The notes beneath the pieces were generated by a model, which searched no databases, was not told where the DNA came from, and was given only the letters and a program-made list of their open reading frames with translations. DNA of 64,000 bases, taken from the human T2T-CHM13v2.0 reference genome, Homo sapiens. A program made the translations under genes and the position numbers. This document shows positions 14,351 through 28,269 of the stretch, piece after piece (position 1 is the stretch's first letter; each line of letters begins with the position of its first letter). The stretch lies in the NCBI RefSeq assembly GCF_009914755.1, contig NC_060925.1; one strand, written 5' to 3'.

Positions 14351-15634
14351 GGCGACTGGGGGGCATTAGTAATCCCAGACAACCTAATTTAGCTGTTCTC
14401 AGCTAAGGTTTTGTGAGAGAATTAAGCCCTGCAGCAAATCATTTGAGTGATTATTTTCTCAACTCTCCCAAGAAGGGTAGGTAGCTAGCATCATCCTAGG
14501 TACAACAGAGATAAATTAATTCCTCATAAACAATAGACACCTTAGAACGCTAGGGATTAATTATCTTCTGGATCTCCAGTGGAAAACTGTTTGAAATTAA
14601 ACCAATAACAACAATGATTCAAAGCTGAACTTCAGTCTCTTTGAGGACTGGCCCATTTCTAATTCACTGGGTCCTACTCTAAAGTCTGGGGGATTAGATT
14701 ACTAGGGCCTTTCCTCCTGGGACATACCATGGACTTTTGTTTTCTTCTTTAACCTTACTTATCTTTTTGGCCTCTCTGCAGTTTTTACCAAAAAGGCAGT
14801 GTCTTTAAGGATAAAGTGGCCCCCAAAGTCTGACGGTCTTGATTTCCTTCTCTTGGATCTTGGCCCCATGTTCCAGTAGTTCTCTCTTGCCTTAAAAAAC
14901 AGACTCTAAAAAATATTTTGCCTTGCTTTCCTAGGTGTTCTTAGAGAGAAAGAGTTAATTCAAATTACCCAGCTTATCATTTATGAAACATTTCCAGAAC
15001 AAAGGGATGCACATTTGACATTGTGACAGCTATAGCCATACTGCTCTCAAGAATGGTTGTGCTAATTCCACACAAACATCTGTAGTATTTACGGGTTCTT
15101 TCTCTCCACATTCTCCCCAGCAGTGGGGATATCACCACTTTGAAAATCTTTGATAGTTCAATGGTTTTCCTTAAATGTATACCATATAATTTCAAGTTCT
15201 CTAAGGAAAGAGGATATATTTGCTCTGTATGGACATTTTGAATGTTCAAAATACTTTTGATGCTTCGTTGATGTAGTTTTCAGTATTACAGAAAATATGC
15301 TTAGAACAGCCAAGTGATATTTCTAATTCATTATCATCATTTTAACACCTTGTGACATTTTATGTTCCACTGTCTTCTGTTGCTGTTTAGCTTTTGTATC
15401 TTTAATGCTTTTTTCCCCATGAATGTCCGTTAAAGACAGAATACTTGTCCTTTTGTTCCTTCTAGTGCTTGGCAACACAGTGGTCATTAGACAAGCATTA
15501 CTTTGATTATAAGAAGCAAAAGCCATACTTAGGATGACTGATTTATTCAAAGGGTTCCCCTGCTCCATCCGATCCCTGGAAAAGAGGTTCCTCTAAAGAT
15601 CAGGTGTTAGTTGTGGCAATACTCTAAACTATAG

Positions 15635-16054
<420 letters not shown>

Positions 16055-16669
16055 TGAGATCCAACTTTCAGAATGGCAAAGAAAGAGAATTGCAAATATA
16101 TCATGGAATAAACTGCAGGACTATTTATAACTGTCAGGCCTAAAACTTTCTCCATCTGTTACCTTGACTGCCTTTCTTAAAAAAATAAAAAAAAAGGAGA
16201 TGTGTTGTAATAAAGCAGTGAGCCAATGTTTCTTTGGTAGTTATTAATTACTTCAAAGGAGTTTGTCTTATTTGTTGCTAGCCACTCCCCTCACCCAGAA
16301 CAGGAGTACAAGTAATGCCCAGCCTTGAGTTTCTAAGTGTTAGTATAAATTTTAGGGTCACATTACAAATGCTACTTTTCCACAAGATTTTCTAAGCAGA
16401 TATTTTTCTTGTCTTGGCAAAAGGCAGCAAGAGATACAAGCATGGAGGAACTAGTAAACTTTAAGGGCAGACTCCTTATTAAAAGACCAAAATATTTTAA
16501 AACATAGAGCAGTCCTCATCTATGACTGCAGTGTTCTTATTTCACACATGAGAAGTAGGGAGATGCACTACAGAACCCCTTTAATGACCCTGAAGTCCCC
16601 AGATGCAACAGATCCCATTGCATTATGTACCAGGAAATGCAAACCATGGGCTTTCAAAAACTTTCCATC

Positions 16670-16975
16670 TGCTATGGTCTGAATGTTAGCGTCCCCTGAA
16701 CCCCAAATTCATATGTTGAAATCTTAACTCCCAAGATGATGGCATTAAGACGTGAGGCCTTTAGGAGGTGTTATGATCATGAGGGTGTAGCCCTTAAGAA
16801 TGGGATTAGTGCCTTATAAAAGCTGCCTCAGCAAGCTCGTCTGCACCTTCCACCATCTGCTGGTGCCTTGATCTTGGATTCTCCAGCCTCCAGAATTGTG
16901 TTGGATAAATTTCTGTTTTTCATAAACCACCAAGTTTATGGCATTTTATTATAGCAGCCTGAACAGACTAAAATA
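16670..16975 (+). mobile_element. MST/MLT1A-like MaLR solo LTR with an internal deletion
   Basis: tgctatggtctgaatg...cagcctgaacagactaa; 5-bp TSD ccatc on both sides. Confidence 0.85.
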
Positions 16976-17148
16976 CCATCTAAGATATCCTAGATGTTCC
17001 ATATTATACTTGAGTTCCATTCCTGTGCAGTAAGAAAAAATTCAGAGGAAAAAAGTATAAATAGAAGAATAAACAGACATTATTCACTCATATTAAGACT
17101 GTCAACCTGGAAAATAAAAAAGAATTTATAAATAAATTTTTAAAATTA

Positions 17149-17468
<320 letters not shown>

Positions 17469-18133
17469 AGAGAGTAAGATTCAGGATTAGCAAACATTTA
17501 CGAAGGTCAACTGTATTTCTATATCCAGCAACAGTCAGAAAAATTTAGTTTTCAAGGTTCTATTTATAATAGCAACAAAAATATAAAGTACGTAAAAATA
17601 AATCAACAAAACATACTTGAAAACTTCAAAGCAAAAGTTGTAAAACTTTATGGGAAGACATTAACAAGGATTTAAATAAATAAATGAATAAATAGAGAAC
17701 TAGACTATATTCTTGAAAAGGAAGATTCAATGTCATCGAGAGTGTCCATTTTCTCCCAACAGGTTTATATCTATAAATTCAATGTACTGCTAAACAAAAC
17801 GCCAGCAGGTAGAATTTGGTGGAGTGTGGTGGGTTGATTTTAAAATTTAAATGGAAAATCAAAGGGCCAATAAAAAGAAGACATGCCGAAGGAAAAACAA
17901 ATTGGGAGAACTTGCCCTTTCATAAACTCAAATCTAGTGGAAAGCTACTGTAATTAACATAGTGTGGTACTGGGGCAGAAAGTGCAAAATGACAAAGGAA
18001 ACAGAAGAGAAATTCAGAATAGATGCACAAATACATGTGAATTTGATTTATATCAGAGTAGGTGTTGAATATCAGTGAGGAAAGATGGCTACATAGTGTA
18101 GGGAGCTAAATCAGCTGATATCCACATGGGATC

Positions 18134-18621
18134 TGCGGTAGGCTGAATAATGGCCTCCAAAGATATTTACATTCTCACTCCTGAATCTAAATATTGCCTT
18201 ATATGGCAAAAGGGTGAATGTTGCCTTATATGTCAAAAGAGGTAATTAAATTAATAATTTAGACATGGGGAGATTATCCTAGACTATCTTGGTGGGCCCT
18301 AATATAATCACAAATGTCCTTAAGAGGAAAGCAGAGGGAAGCTTGACACAGAAGATGAAAAGACAATGCAATGATGCAACCAGATTAGAGTGATGCAACC
18401 ACAAGCCATGGAATGCTGGCAACTTTAAAAGCTGGAAAAAGTAAGGAACAAATTTTTCCCAGGAATCTCCAAAAGGAACCAGCCCTGTTGACACCTGATT
18501 TTAGCTCAGTGAAACTGATTTCAGACTTCTGAATTCCAGAACTGTAAGAGAATAAATGTGTGTTGTTTTAAGTCACTAAGTAACTCGTAACTTGTTTCAG
18601 CAGCAATAACAAACTGACACA
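18134..18621 (+). mobile_element. MLT1 (D-like) MaLR LTR
   Basis: tgcggtaggctgaataatggc...ccagaactgtaagagaataaat...cagcaataacaaactgacaca. Confidence 0.8.
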
Positions 18622-20849
18622 GAGTCCCTCCCATCTACTCTACACAAAAGTCAACTCAAGTTGGATCAATGTGATGGTAAACTATGAAACTTTTTAGAAA
18701 GAAATATAGAATGATCTCTTTACCAACTTGGTGTAGAGAAAGGGATTTTAACAATAAAAGTGAGCAAATTATAAAATAAAAGATTATCAAATGCAATTAC
18801 ATTAAAACTCTTGTTCACTAAAATCACCTTAATGAGAGTGAACGGACAAGACACAAACTAGGAGAAGATATTTGCAGGACATATCAAGCCAGTTACATCC
18901 CAAATACATCAAAAGCCCCTATGAATCAACAATACAAAGACAACACAATAGAAAAATGGGCAAAGGCCAAATACGAATTTCACAGGAGATGAAACAGAAA
19001 TGGCCAGTCAATATAACATGCTATTTTCATTAACATAATGAAATTCATAATTGCAGAAATATTAATCAAAGCCACAGTGAGATTCCATTTCACAACTAGC
19101 GGAGGAGCAAAATTTTAAAAGTTGATCAATACTAAGAGAAGTCAAGGTTATGGAGTAAGGTCATAGGCACATCTCCTGCAGGTAGGAAAGTAGACGGGCA
19201 CAACCCCTTTGGAGAAGTCTGATTACCTAGTAAACCTGAGTGTATACATCCTGTATGTCCTGGAGTTGCCACTCCTGGGGATATATCCTAGAAAAATTTG
19301 GCACCATGTACCTGAAAACATGTTCAAGAGTGTTCATAAGAGCATTATTCTCAATAGCATAACAGCATTAAGTTAGAAACAACACAAATGTCCAACTGGA
19401 TAGGAATTTTTATATATTCAAATAATAGAATATTAACTGTTAAACTAGAGTCTCATGCATGACATGAGTGAATCTCAGCAAAACAAATATAGTATCATAA
19501 TATTTACGTAAAGTTTAAAACATGCAAAAATAAGTTATATATTGTTATGGGTTATACCCACATATGGCTAAAAAGCAGTATGAAGAAAACCAAGGAAATG
19601 ATTAACTGACTACACAAAATTTTAAATGGATAGTTACCTCTCTGCAGGAAACAGAAGGACACAGATATTCTAAAATATGGTAGAGTCCCATTTCTTAACG
19701 TGGGTGACAGGTTCACAGTTGTTTATCTTACTATTATTTCTTATATCTTAACTATATAATACAAATATTATTTTGTGTAATTTCAATATAAATTTTAAAA
19801 ACACAAAACTTGCTGAAATGTTAACTAATACATTTTGTTGTGTGTTTGTGTGCACAAAATTGTTTATTATATGGTTATTTCTTGGAACCCCAAAGCTCAT
19901 TATCAGAATTTTCACATTTAATAATAATATGATGTAAGTTGTTTTACCTAAATTCATTATCTAAATGAAAACAATATTATAAGTATGATATGAATGTATG
20001 CATGTGCCAGCAAAAACATTTATGTTTGCTTGAGTTTCAGCAGTAAAATGTATTGTGTGTTACAGCCCGACCTTCAGCTGTTCTGACAAGACAGATTTGT
20101 TTCGTGCTTTCCTCGTTTAAAATGTGTTATGCATTATCAGCTCATCTTCCCACAATTTCCCTGATGGTTTAGTCTTTCATGGGTCCTAGAATTTGTTTCT
20201 GCCAGGTACTGAGGGCAACTACCAACCAGGGAATAATTTAGACAAAATCTTTAGATCCTAGACTTTTAGAATCTTTAATACTTATTTTATTGTTTGTATT
20301 ACAGTTCATGTTTACAGCAGTGCAGAAAGAAAATGTAATTCATGTCTAAAATTGTACAGTATCTTTACGTGCTACAAACCAATACACCCATTTATATACT
20401 TACTTATTTAAGCATTATAGAGGTAATTTGAATATTTTAAATGCCTTGTGTTATACAGGAATCTTTGATGAGTTGTTATATAGGTGTTTTAAAATGTTTT
20501 AGAAAAACTGGATAGAGTTTCTGGATGGGCTGGGAACCTGACTGTTTCTGAGAGTTACAAGAATGGAATATGGGTTGCACTATTTCAGCGGAACCATGTC
20601 TTTATGGGGTAGTGTGGTACAGGACAGGGACCAGGACTGTCACAACCTAGAATTCAAATCTTGGATTAAGAAGCCCCACAGACAACTCACCTAAATTCTC
20701 TAAGCTTTAGCCTTCTCATCTGTAAAATAAAGATAATAATTCCAGCCTACCTTACTGAATTATTGAGACACAAATAAGATTAATCTGCAAGTGTCTTTGT
20801 GTTTATATACAAATGCGTTCATATACTATAATGTGAACATAAAATTATT

Positions 20850-21078
20850 ATGTAAATTTGATTTATGAGAGAGCTGATGTTGAATATCAGTGAGAAAAGA
20901 TGGATCATTTAGTGTAAAGAGCTAAAACAGCTGGAAATCCACATGAGATCTATGGCAGGCTGAATAATGGCCCCCAAAGATATTCACATCCTCATTCCTG
21001 AATCTGTAAATATTACCTTATAAGTCAAAAGATGTGATTAAGAGTTTTGAAATGGGGAGATTATCCTGGATTATCTTG
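20850..21078 (+). repeat. Diverged direct copy of 18035-18291 (L1/MLT1 junction)
   Basis: Co-linear match across the junction, e.g. tgttgaatatcagtgag..aagatgg...atccacatg.gatct...aggctgaataatggc. Confidence 0.85.
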
Positions 21079-21540
21079 ATTATGGTAGCTTAAAAATCAT
21101 CTTGAACTCTGGTAGTAGGAGTCCTTTCATTTTATTCTTCTTTTCCAAAGTTGTTTCAGCTATTCTAGGTTGTTTGCATTTCCATGTGAATTTTAGAATC
21201 AGCTTGTCAATTTCTACAAAAAAACCATCTTGTATTTTAATTTTGATTTCAATTAAATCTATAGATGAATTTGGGGGAGAAATGGCATTAAGATGTCATT
21301 AAGATATTATTGAATAGCCATATTGAATTTACCAATCTATGAACAAGCTATATTTTTCTATTTGTTTAGGTCTTTAATTTCTCTCATTAATCTTTCATAG
21401 TTTTCAGTATATGGGTCTTGTATACATTTTGTCAAATTTATCTCTAATTATTTTATATTTCTCAATGTTATTGTAAGTGATACTGCCTTTTAAAATTTCA
21501 GTCCTCTGTATAGATCTCATATCCTGCAACCTTGTACTAG
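21079..21540 (-). mobile_element. L1M ORF2 fragment
   Basis: ttccatgtgaattttagaatcagcttgtcaatttct is a reverse L1 ORF2 motif. Confidence 0.8.
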
Positions 21541-21729
21541 TTAACTACACTTACTTTGTAGGCTTTGTTTAAAATGAATATTCTCCAGCATCGTCTCCAC
21601 AGATTTTGATTCAATAAAACATATATAAAACCCAAGAATCTACATTCTTAATGAGTAGCCAGGGGGATTCTGATACAGATTCTCTAAGTACATTACTTTG
21701 AGAAAGATATGAAAATTAATAACATTAAC

Positions 21730-22830
21730 TTCTGATGGTATGTCCAAGTTAACTGATGCAGTCCATTCTTCCACCCAAAATACAAAAAAAAATAGAATTG
21801 ATTAAAAACATGGCAAATAAATATTTTTAATGCTTTTCCAGGTTCAAAATAAAGGAAAGAAAATAACAGGTTCTAGAAATAAAAAGGGAACTCAGCTAGC
21901 ATAGTAAACTAGTGAGATGACCCAAAGAAGGCCCAGAGATGTGTAGAGTAGATACAGAACTTATGGTTTAGTGGGTCCAGTTATACCCTCACAGAGAGAG
22001 GACACAGCCTTGTTCCCATCTGGGAATGGAGAATTAAACTAAGATTCTAGCATAAATCCAGGACCGTAGAAAGACTACCTCTTTTCACAAAGGCAACTAG
22101 AATAATTCTACTCATTGGTCTAGGGAAGCAGTGATGAAGCCTGTCTTCTACTTAGAATTCTGAATAGGAGGGAGAGCCTCCTATGATAAATCAAAATCCC
22201 ATGTACACATATGAGATCGAAATTTAGACTATCTGATAGGTGCGAGAATCAGAAGCTGAGAAAATAAAAAATCACAGGACCCTTGGCAGAAGAAATAAAA
22301 ATCTGCTCTGAGGGAATAGTTTCATAACTCGGTACCCAAGCTAAAATTGAGTTCATAATACAAACATTTCAAGCCATCTGAAGAAACAATCTAGTAGGAG
22401 GAAAATCAGTGATTACTACAAACATGTGAGCTGGTATCCTAAGAGTTTGAGGTAATAAAAAAAAGTCTCATATAGCATTCTTAAAATCTTTGAAGAGATA
22501 AATGAAGAAATAGAAAGCATAATGAAGGAATAAAATATGAAAATATTCAAACTATATATAACTCCTAAAAATAAAAAGCCAAGTCAATGAATTAAAAACT
22601 GAACAGATGAATACACTGAAGAGTAGATATAGCTGAAGAAAGAATTAGTCAACTAGAAAAAAGATCTTAGAAAAATACCCAGAATACATCATAGTGAGAC
22701 CAGAAATGTGCAGAGACGTTTAAGAGACATGGTAATTCCACAGGAAACACATATATCTAAAAAAAAAAAATTCCAAAAGGAGAAATTTGAGATAAGAGGA
22801 AAACAACATTGGAGAGATGCTGAGTAACCA
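21730..22830 (+). mobile_element. Degenerate L1M 5'/ORF1-like fragment
   Basis: agtagatatagctgaagaaagaattagtcaactagaa...aatacccagaat. Confidence 0.55.
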
Positions 22831-23106
22831 ATATGTAGCATATTACTTACTTATTACTCTGAAAACTCAAAAGTGTTTTCAATGATTGGGGTGATTTTCT
22901 TTTTAATAAATCTAATTCAATCTCCATTCTTTAATTCAATTAAGATAAAAATCAGAAGCCCTGAATTGTCTTTAAAATTCAAAATTTTCCCTTTTATGAC
23001 TCACAGAAAGCAAATGGACAATGAGGTTTCATCTTAATTGGGTCTCTGAAGGAAGTGGGAGCATCTGGAATCATTTCCACCATGCTGCTTTTCTGCATTT
23101 GACTCC

Positions 23107-23154
23107 GTTACCTAGCAATGCATTTCACAATGTTACCTAGCAATGCATTTCACA
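23107..23154. repeat. Tandem duplication, 25-bp period (gttacctagcaatgcatttcaca twice)
   Basis: Identical 23-mer at 23107 and 23132. Confidence 0.95.
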
Positions 23155-23469
23155 GTTTAAATTAGAGAGTATTACTTCTTTTTGAAGTTCCCATATGCTG
23201 ATCCAAACCAAATATATGTAGCTTCCCTTTGCATTTTTTTAAAAAGGTAATCTTCCTGATAAAGTTAGGTATTTCCACATTCCATTAGAAAGTCAAAATA
23301 GATGAAAGATCAGTTTCAAGAGCCAGATCAAACCATCAGCAAGTCTTTATAAATATCTAGCATACAGATTTAACTATTTCTAAGAAAACAGAATGACTTA
23401 AAATGCAGAAAAATTATTCAGTTTCAGATTAATGGAAAGGCTTTTCATGATGTTATATTTGCCATAACA

Positions 23470-24000
23470 TGCTTAGGGTGCTTCAGTGACTGCCAACTGT
23501 ACTCAGCAGAAAGTCCAATGTCCTTAGGCTGGCATCCAAGGGCAGCCCTTTATGAATGGATCCTACCTACTACTCTAGCTTTCAGCTTCATTTTCCTTCC
23601 CTCCCTCCCTCTCTCTCTCTCTCTCTCTCAATCTCCATAGCAGTCACACACTAAGAACTTGCAATTCTTTGCCACTTCATGTTCTTGCTATGTATTTTCA
23701 CATAATGCTTCTTTATGTATTTTCACAAAGTATTTCCCTGACTTACATGCCCAGCCTTTGTTTATGTTTTTACGTGCTTAACAAATACTTCAAGGGTCAC
23801 TTTCTCTGGAAAGCTTTCCTTGACATCCCAAGCCTGAGCTGTGTACCCTGTATCCGCTTCTATAATAATAATCAACTTCTACAGTAGCAGTGCACTATAA
23901 CTGTTGGCTATGTGTCAGTTTCCTCCACTGAATTCTATGCTTTCTCAGGGCAGGAACTATGCTTTTGTACCTCTTTCTACTCATGGTGCCTAGATATCAA
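23470..24000. mobile_element. L2 fragment with a (CT)n tract (about 23609-23629)
   Basis: tccttaggctggcatccaagg...cactttctctggaaagctttccttgac...cagggcaggaact. Confidence 0.6.
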
Positions 24001-24289
24001 AAGCTTTCAAAAGAAAAGAGGGTTGCAGTTGGAGACGTGGGTTAAATCTCATGCATCCTCAGAGGCCTCCCTTATGACCAGTAGCCTTCCCTGTTATTTC
24101 CTGTCTCTGAACATATATTTACATAATGGAACACTGTACAACAATGAAAATGAAATACAACTAGAGCAAAAGTAGCAACATAGATGAGACATGTAGGCTC
24201 ATTTCAGATATGTACATTTCAAAACAGGCATTACTAAATTGTATTGTTTAGAGATACATACATTGGGTAAAAACTATACATGAAAGCAA

Positions 24290-25790
24290 TTGCAACAAAA
24301 GCAAAAATTGACAAATGATATCTAATTAAGACTTGGAACCAACCCAAATGTCCAACAATGATAGACTGGATTAAGAAAATGTGGCACATATACACTACGG
24401 AATACTATGCAGCCATAAAAAATGATGAGTTCATGTCCTTTGTAGGGACATGGATGAAGCTGGAAACCATCATTCTCAGCAAACTATCACAAGGACAAAA
24501 AACCAAACACCGCATGTTCTCACTCATAGGTGGGAATTAAACAATGAGAACACATGGACACAGGAAGGAGAACATCACACACTGGGGCCTGTTGTGGGGT
24601 GGGGGGAGGGAAAGCATTAGGAGATATGCCTAATGTTAAATGACGAGTTAATGGGTGCAGCCCACCAACATGGCACATGTATACATATGTAACAAACCTG
24701 CACGTTGTGCACATGTACCCTAGCACTTAAAGCATAATAAAAAACAAGTAAAATTAAATTAAAAAAAAAAAAGCTTAAGAGCTTCTGCACAGCAAAAGAA
24801 ACTATGGGCAGACTAAAGAGGGAAAACCCACAGAATGGGAAAAAATATTTGCAAACTATGCATCTGACAAAGATTTAAAATCCAGCATCTATAAGGAACT
24901 TAAACCAATTTATAAGAAAAAAACAAACAATCCTATTAAAAAGTGGGCAAAAAAATGAACAAATACTTTTCAAAAGAAGACATATATGTGGCCAACGAGC
25001 ATATGAAAAAAAGCTCAATATCACTGATCATTAGAGAAATGGAAGTCAAAACCACAATGAGATATCATCTCATATAGTCAGAAAGGCTATTACTAAAAAG
25101 TCAAAAAATAACAGATGCTGGTGAGGTTGTAAAGAAAAGGGAACACTTATACACTGTTGGTGGGAGTGTAAATTAGTTCAACCATTATGGAAAGCAGTGT
25201 GGTGATTCTTCAAAAAACAAAAAATAGAACTACCATTCGACCCAGCAATACCATTACTGGGTATAAACCCAAAAGGATATAAATTGTTCTACCACGAAAA
25301 CATGCATGTATATGTTCATTGCAGCACTAGTCACAATAGCAAAGACGGAATCAACTTAAAAGCCCATCAATGGTAGACTGGATAAAGAAAATGTGATACA
25401 TACACACTACAAAATACTACGCAGCCATAAAAAAGAATGAGATCATGTCCTCTGCAGGAATGTGGATGAAGCTGGAGGCCATCATCCCTAGCAAACTAAT
25501 GCAGAAACAGAAAAACAAAATACTGCATATTCTCACTTATAAGTGGGAGCTAAATGATGAGAACACACGGACACAAAGAGGGGAACAACAGACACTGAGG
25601 CCTAGTGGAGGGTGGAGGGTGAGAGGAGGAAGAGGATCAGGAAAAATAACTATTGGGTACTAGGCTTAGAACCTGTGTGACAAAAATCTGTACAACAAAA
25701 ACAAAACTGCACACGTACCCCTGAACCTAAAAGTTAATTTTTTGTTTAAATCATAAGCAAAAGAACAAAAACAAAAAACAACCACAAAAA
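24290..25790 (+). mobile_element. Older primate L1PA/L1PB 3' fragment inserted in an L1ME 3' end
   Basis: ORF2 3' end and 3' UTR. The host L1ME breaks at aaagcaa (about 24283) and resumes at aaagcaa (about 25790). Confidence 0.85.
24331..24772 (+). mobile_element. Younger 5'-truncated L1PA 3' end nested in the older L1
   Basis: ORF2 C-terminus MIDWIKKMWHIYT...RMFSLIGGN, near-consensus L1PA 3' UTR and poly(A); it splits the host at tctaattaa / aagagcttctgc. Confidence 0.9.
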
Positions 25791-25972
25791 AAGCAAGGAT
25801 ATGATGGTCATCAAGAACAGAATGGTGGTGATTTCAGGGGAGGCTGCAGTGAGAGGAGTATGATTGGGAAGGAACACACTGAGGCTTCTAGGGGCTGAAA
25901 ATATTCTATTATTGATCTTGGTGGCAATAACATCGTGCTTGCCTTATAATTATTTGTTATAATGTACCGGCA

Positions 25973-26616
25973 TGTGTATAAGTTTCCAATTGTTGCTACA
26001 AGAAACTGTCACAAACTTAGTGGCTTACTGCACAAATGTATTATCTGAAAGTTCTGGACGTCAAAAGTCCAAAGTGATCTGATCGCTGTATATTATGCAT
26101 ATTGAAACATCACTATGTACCCCATGAATATGTATGGTTATTATTTGTCAATTAAAAAAAATTTTTTAAGATGAAAATACACAACTAGAAACAAAGTCCA
26201 ACATGGGTCTCACTGGGCTAAAATCAACATATTCCCAGGGCTGCATTCCTTCCTGGAGACCCTGGGGTAGGGGGAATTCATTTTCTTGCATTTTCCAGTT
26301 TCTGGAGGCTCCCTGAATTCCTTACCTTGTCCATCTTTACTGCCTGGGAATGACTGGTTGAGACTTTCTCATATCACAGACCTCTGACACTGAGACCAAT
26401 CCTTCTGCCTACTTCTTGGGCATTTATGGACCCTTGTGATTATACTGAGCCACCAACATGATGCAGGATAGTCTCCCTATCTTAAAGTCAGCTCATTAGT
26501 AACTTTAATTCCATCTGCTGCCTTGATTCGTCTTTGCCATTTAATGTAACATGTCCCCAGATTCTGGGGGTCAGGACCTGGACATCTTTGGGAGGCCACT
26601 TCTGTGCTTACCACTA
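25973..26616 (-). mobile_element. MLT1 MaLR LTR, interrupted by a short L1MA 3' tail (about 26075-26190)
   Basis: cacaaacttagtggctta...gggtctcactgggctaaaatcaa...ggacatctttgggaggcca. Confidence 0.75.
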
Positions 26617-27679
26617 AATGTATTATGTAATTTCTGAATCTGCATTCTATTCAATAATGACACAAGGTTAAAAATTAAATTGCAGTATGTAAATGCAAAG
26701 GGTTCCTATGCAATCATGAAAAGAATGACATCTTTTATTTAGTATTGTATATAATCCCTGGGAAATATTTTAAAAGCAATGTTAAAACCATTATGTAAAG
26801 TATACTGTCGTTTACGCAAAACGACATGAGGAGGAAAGAATTATTTATATGTATTTGCTTCTACATGCCACGTGTATCTTAAAGCAAAGGAAAACAAAAC
26901 AAAACAAGGGAAGGAGATTTTTTATCTGTCTAACAAGTATTTCTTAGTGACCTAAGACCAAGAGGTTTTACCAACTCATTGAAGATAATAGTAAGGAATC
27001 ATCAGCAGCTCTTGAAAAGACACAGAGAATTGCACAGAATTTACAGGGAAGATAATATGGAATTACTATGTAAGCAAAGCTCTTCCCTGGCAAGCATATC
27101 TTTTAATAATCCACTAACAAAATAAAGAAGAATGTCATGCAGATGGAAAATTATACTATTCGGCTTACCCAGGATGTGAATTCTGTGGGAGAATTCAGAA
27201 TTACAAACAAAACAATAGGGAAATCTCACTTGTTGTGTAATGGTTGGGAACCTCCTGGAGAGTAGCCAACCCCTTGGAATAAGGCCAAGCACAATGTCCA
27301 CAGGGAGTTGCAGATGGGAGGGAGGTCCCACCACCTGTGGCACAGGGGCCACTGGAGCATTTCCAGCCCATGTCTGACACTGCTGTGCTAACATTTCCTC
27401 TAGACCTATTAGGTTGTCCATTGTAGGTGATGCTCGTCTGCAGGATGGAGACAGACCTATGTCAATCCAAAAACTCCTAGTCCATTCTGCATTCATTCTG
27501 GGGACGTCTGGAGAATTCTGCATTCACATGCAAGGGAGAGGTCAAATCAAAACAGGATTCACTTAGTCATTTTTTTCCAGTTATTTGCTTATTCATTTAA
27601 TCAACATTTATTGAGTAGCTTTATTTTCTTGGTGCTAGCAGCATAAGATGTACAGGATGAGTCCTGTATGTATGTGTGG

Positions 27680-28032
27680 ATATATATATATTATATTATA
27701 TATAATTATGATATACATAATATATAATAGATATAATATATATAATAAATAAATATAATAAATATATATAAATTTATATCTAAATAAAAGTTATATATTT
27801 ATAGATTTTTATATATATTTATATATAAATAAAATAAAATACATATAATATATTTTATATATATATTTATATATAATATATTTATATATAATTATAAATA
27901 TATAAATAATATAATATATAAATATATATAAACATATAAATATATATATTATATATATATTTCATATATATATAATATATATATTTCATATATATATAAT
28001 ATATATATTTCATATATATATATCAATATATC
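27680..28032. repeat. AT-rich (TA)n-like low-complexity tract, about 350 bp
   Basis: Almost only A and T; tatatttcatatatata(ta)a units at the right end. Confidence 0.95.
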
Positions 28033-28269
28033 AATTTCCAAAACAGGCAAAACTATACTATTTTGCTTAGGGATGAATATGTAGGTGGCAAAATTATACA
28101 TGAAAGCAAGGAAACAACTATCATAAAAGTCAAGGTGATGGTTTTATCGAGGAAAGGTGAGGGAAACTTCATTGGGAGAAGACACACACCTGGGGGAGGT
28201 GCAGGGTAGCACAGGCTTGGGTCAGGGAGCCCATACTTCTGCACATTCCTAGACTGCCTGAGCCTCTTT

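Noticed and set aside
24358-24540. ORF resembling a reverse-transcriptase protein C-terminus
   Set aside because: Last 60 codons of a truncated L1 ORF2; not a functional gene.
27041-27523. Longest ORF in the track (160 aa, minus strand)
   Set aside because: No recognisable homology, and the flanking HYDIN exons already join in frame without it; plausible by chance in 64 kb.
24216-28145. Similar segments near 24216-24290 and 28034-28110
   Set aside because: Both are 3' ends of old L1ME-type elements; the similarity is at family level.
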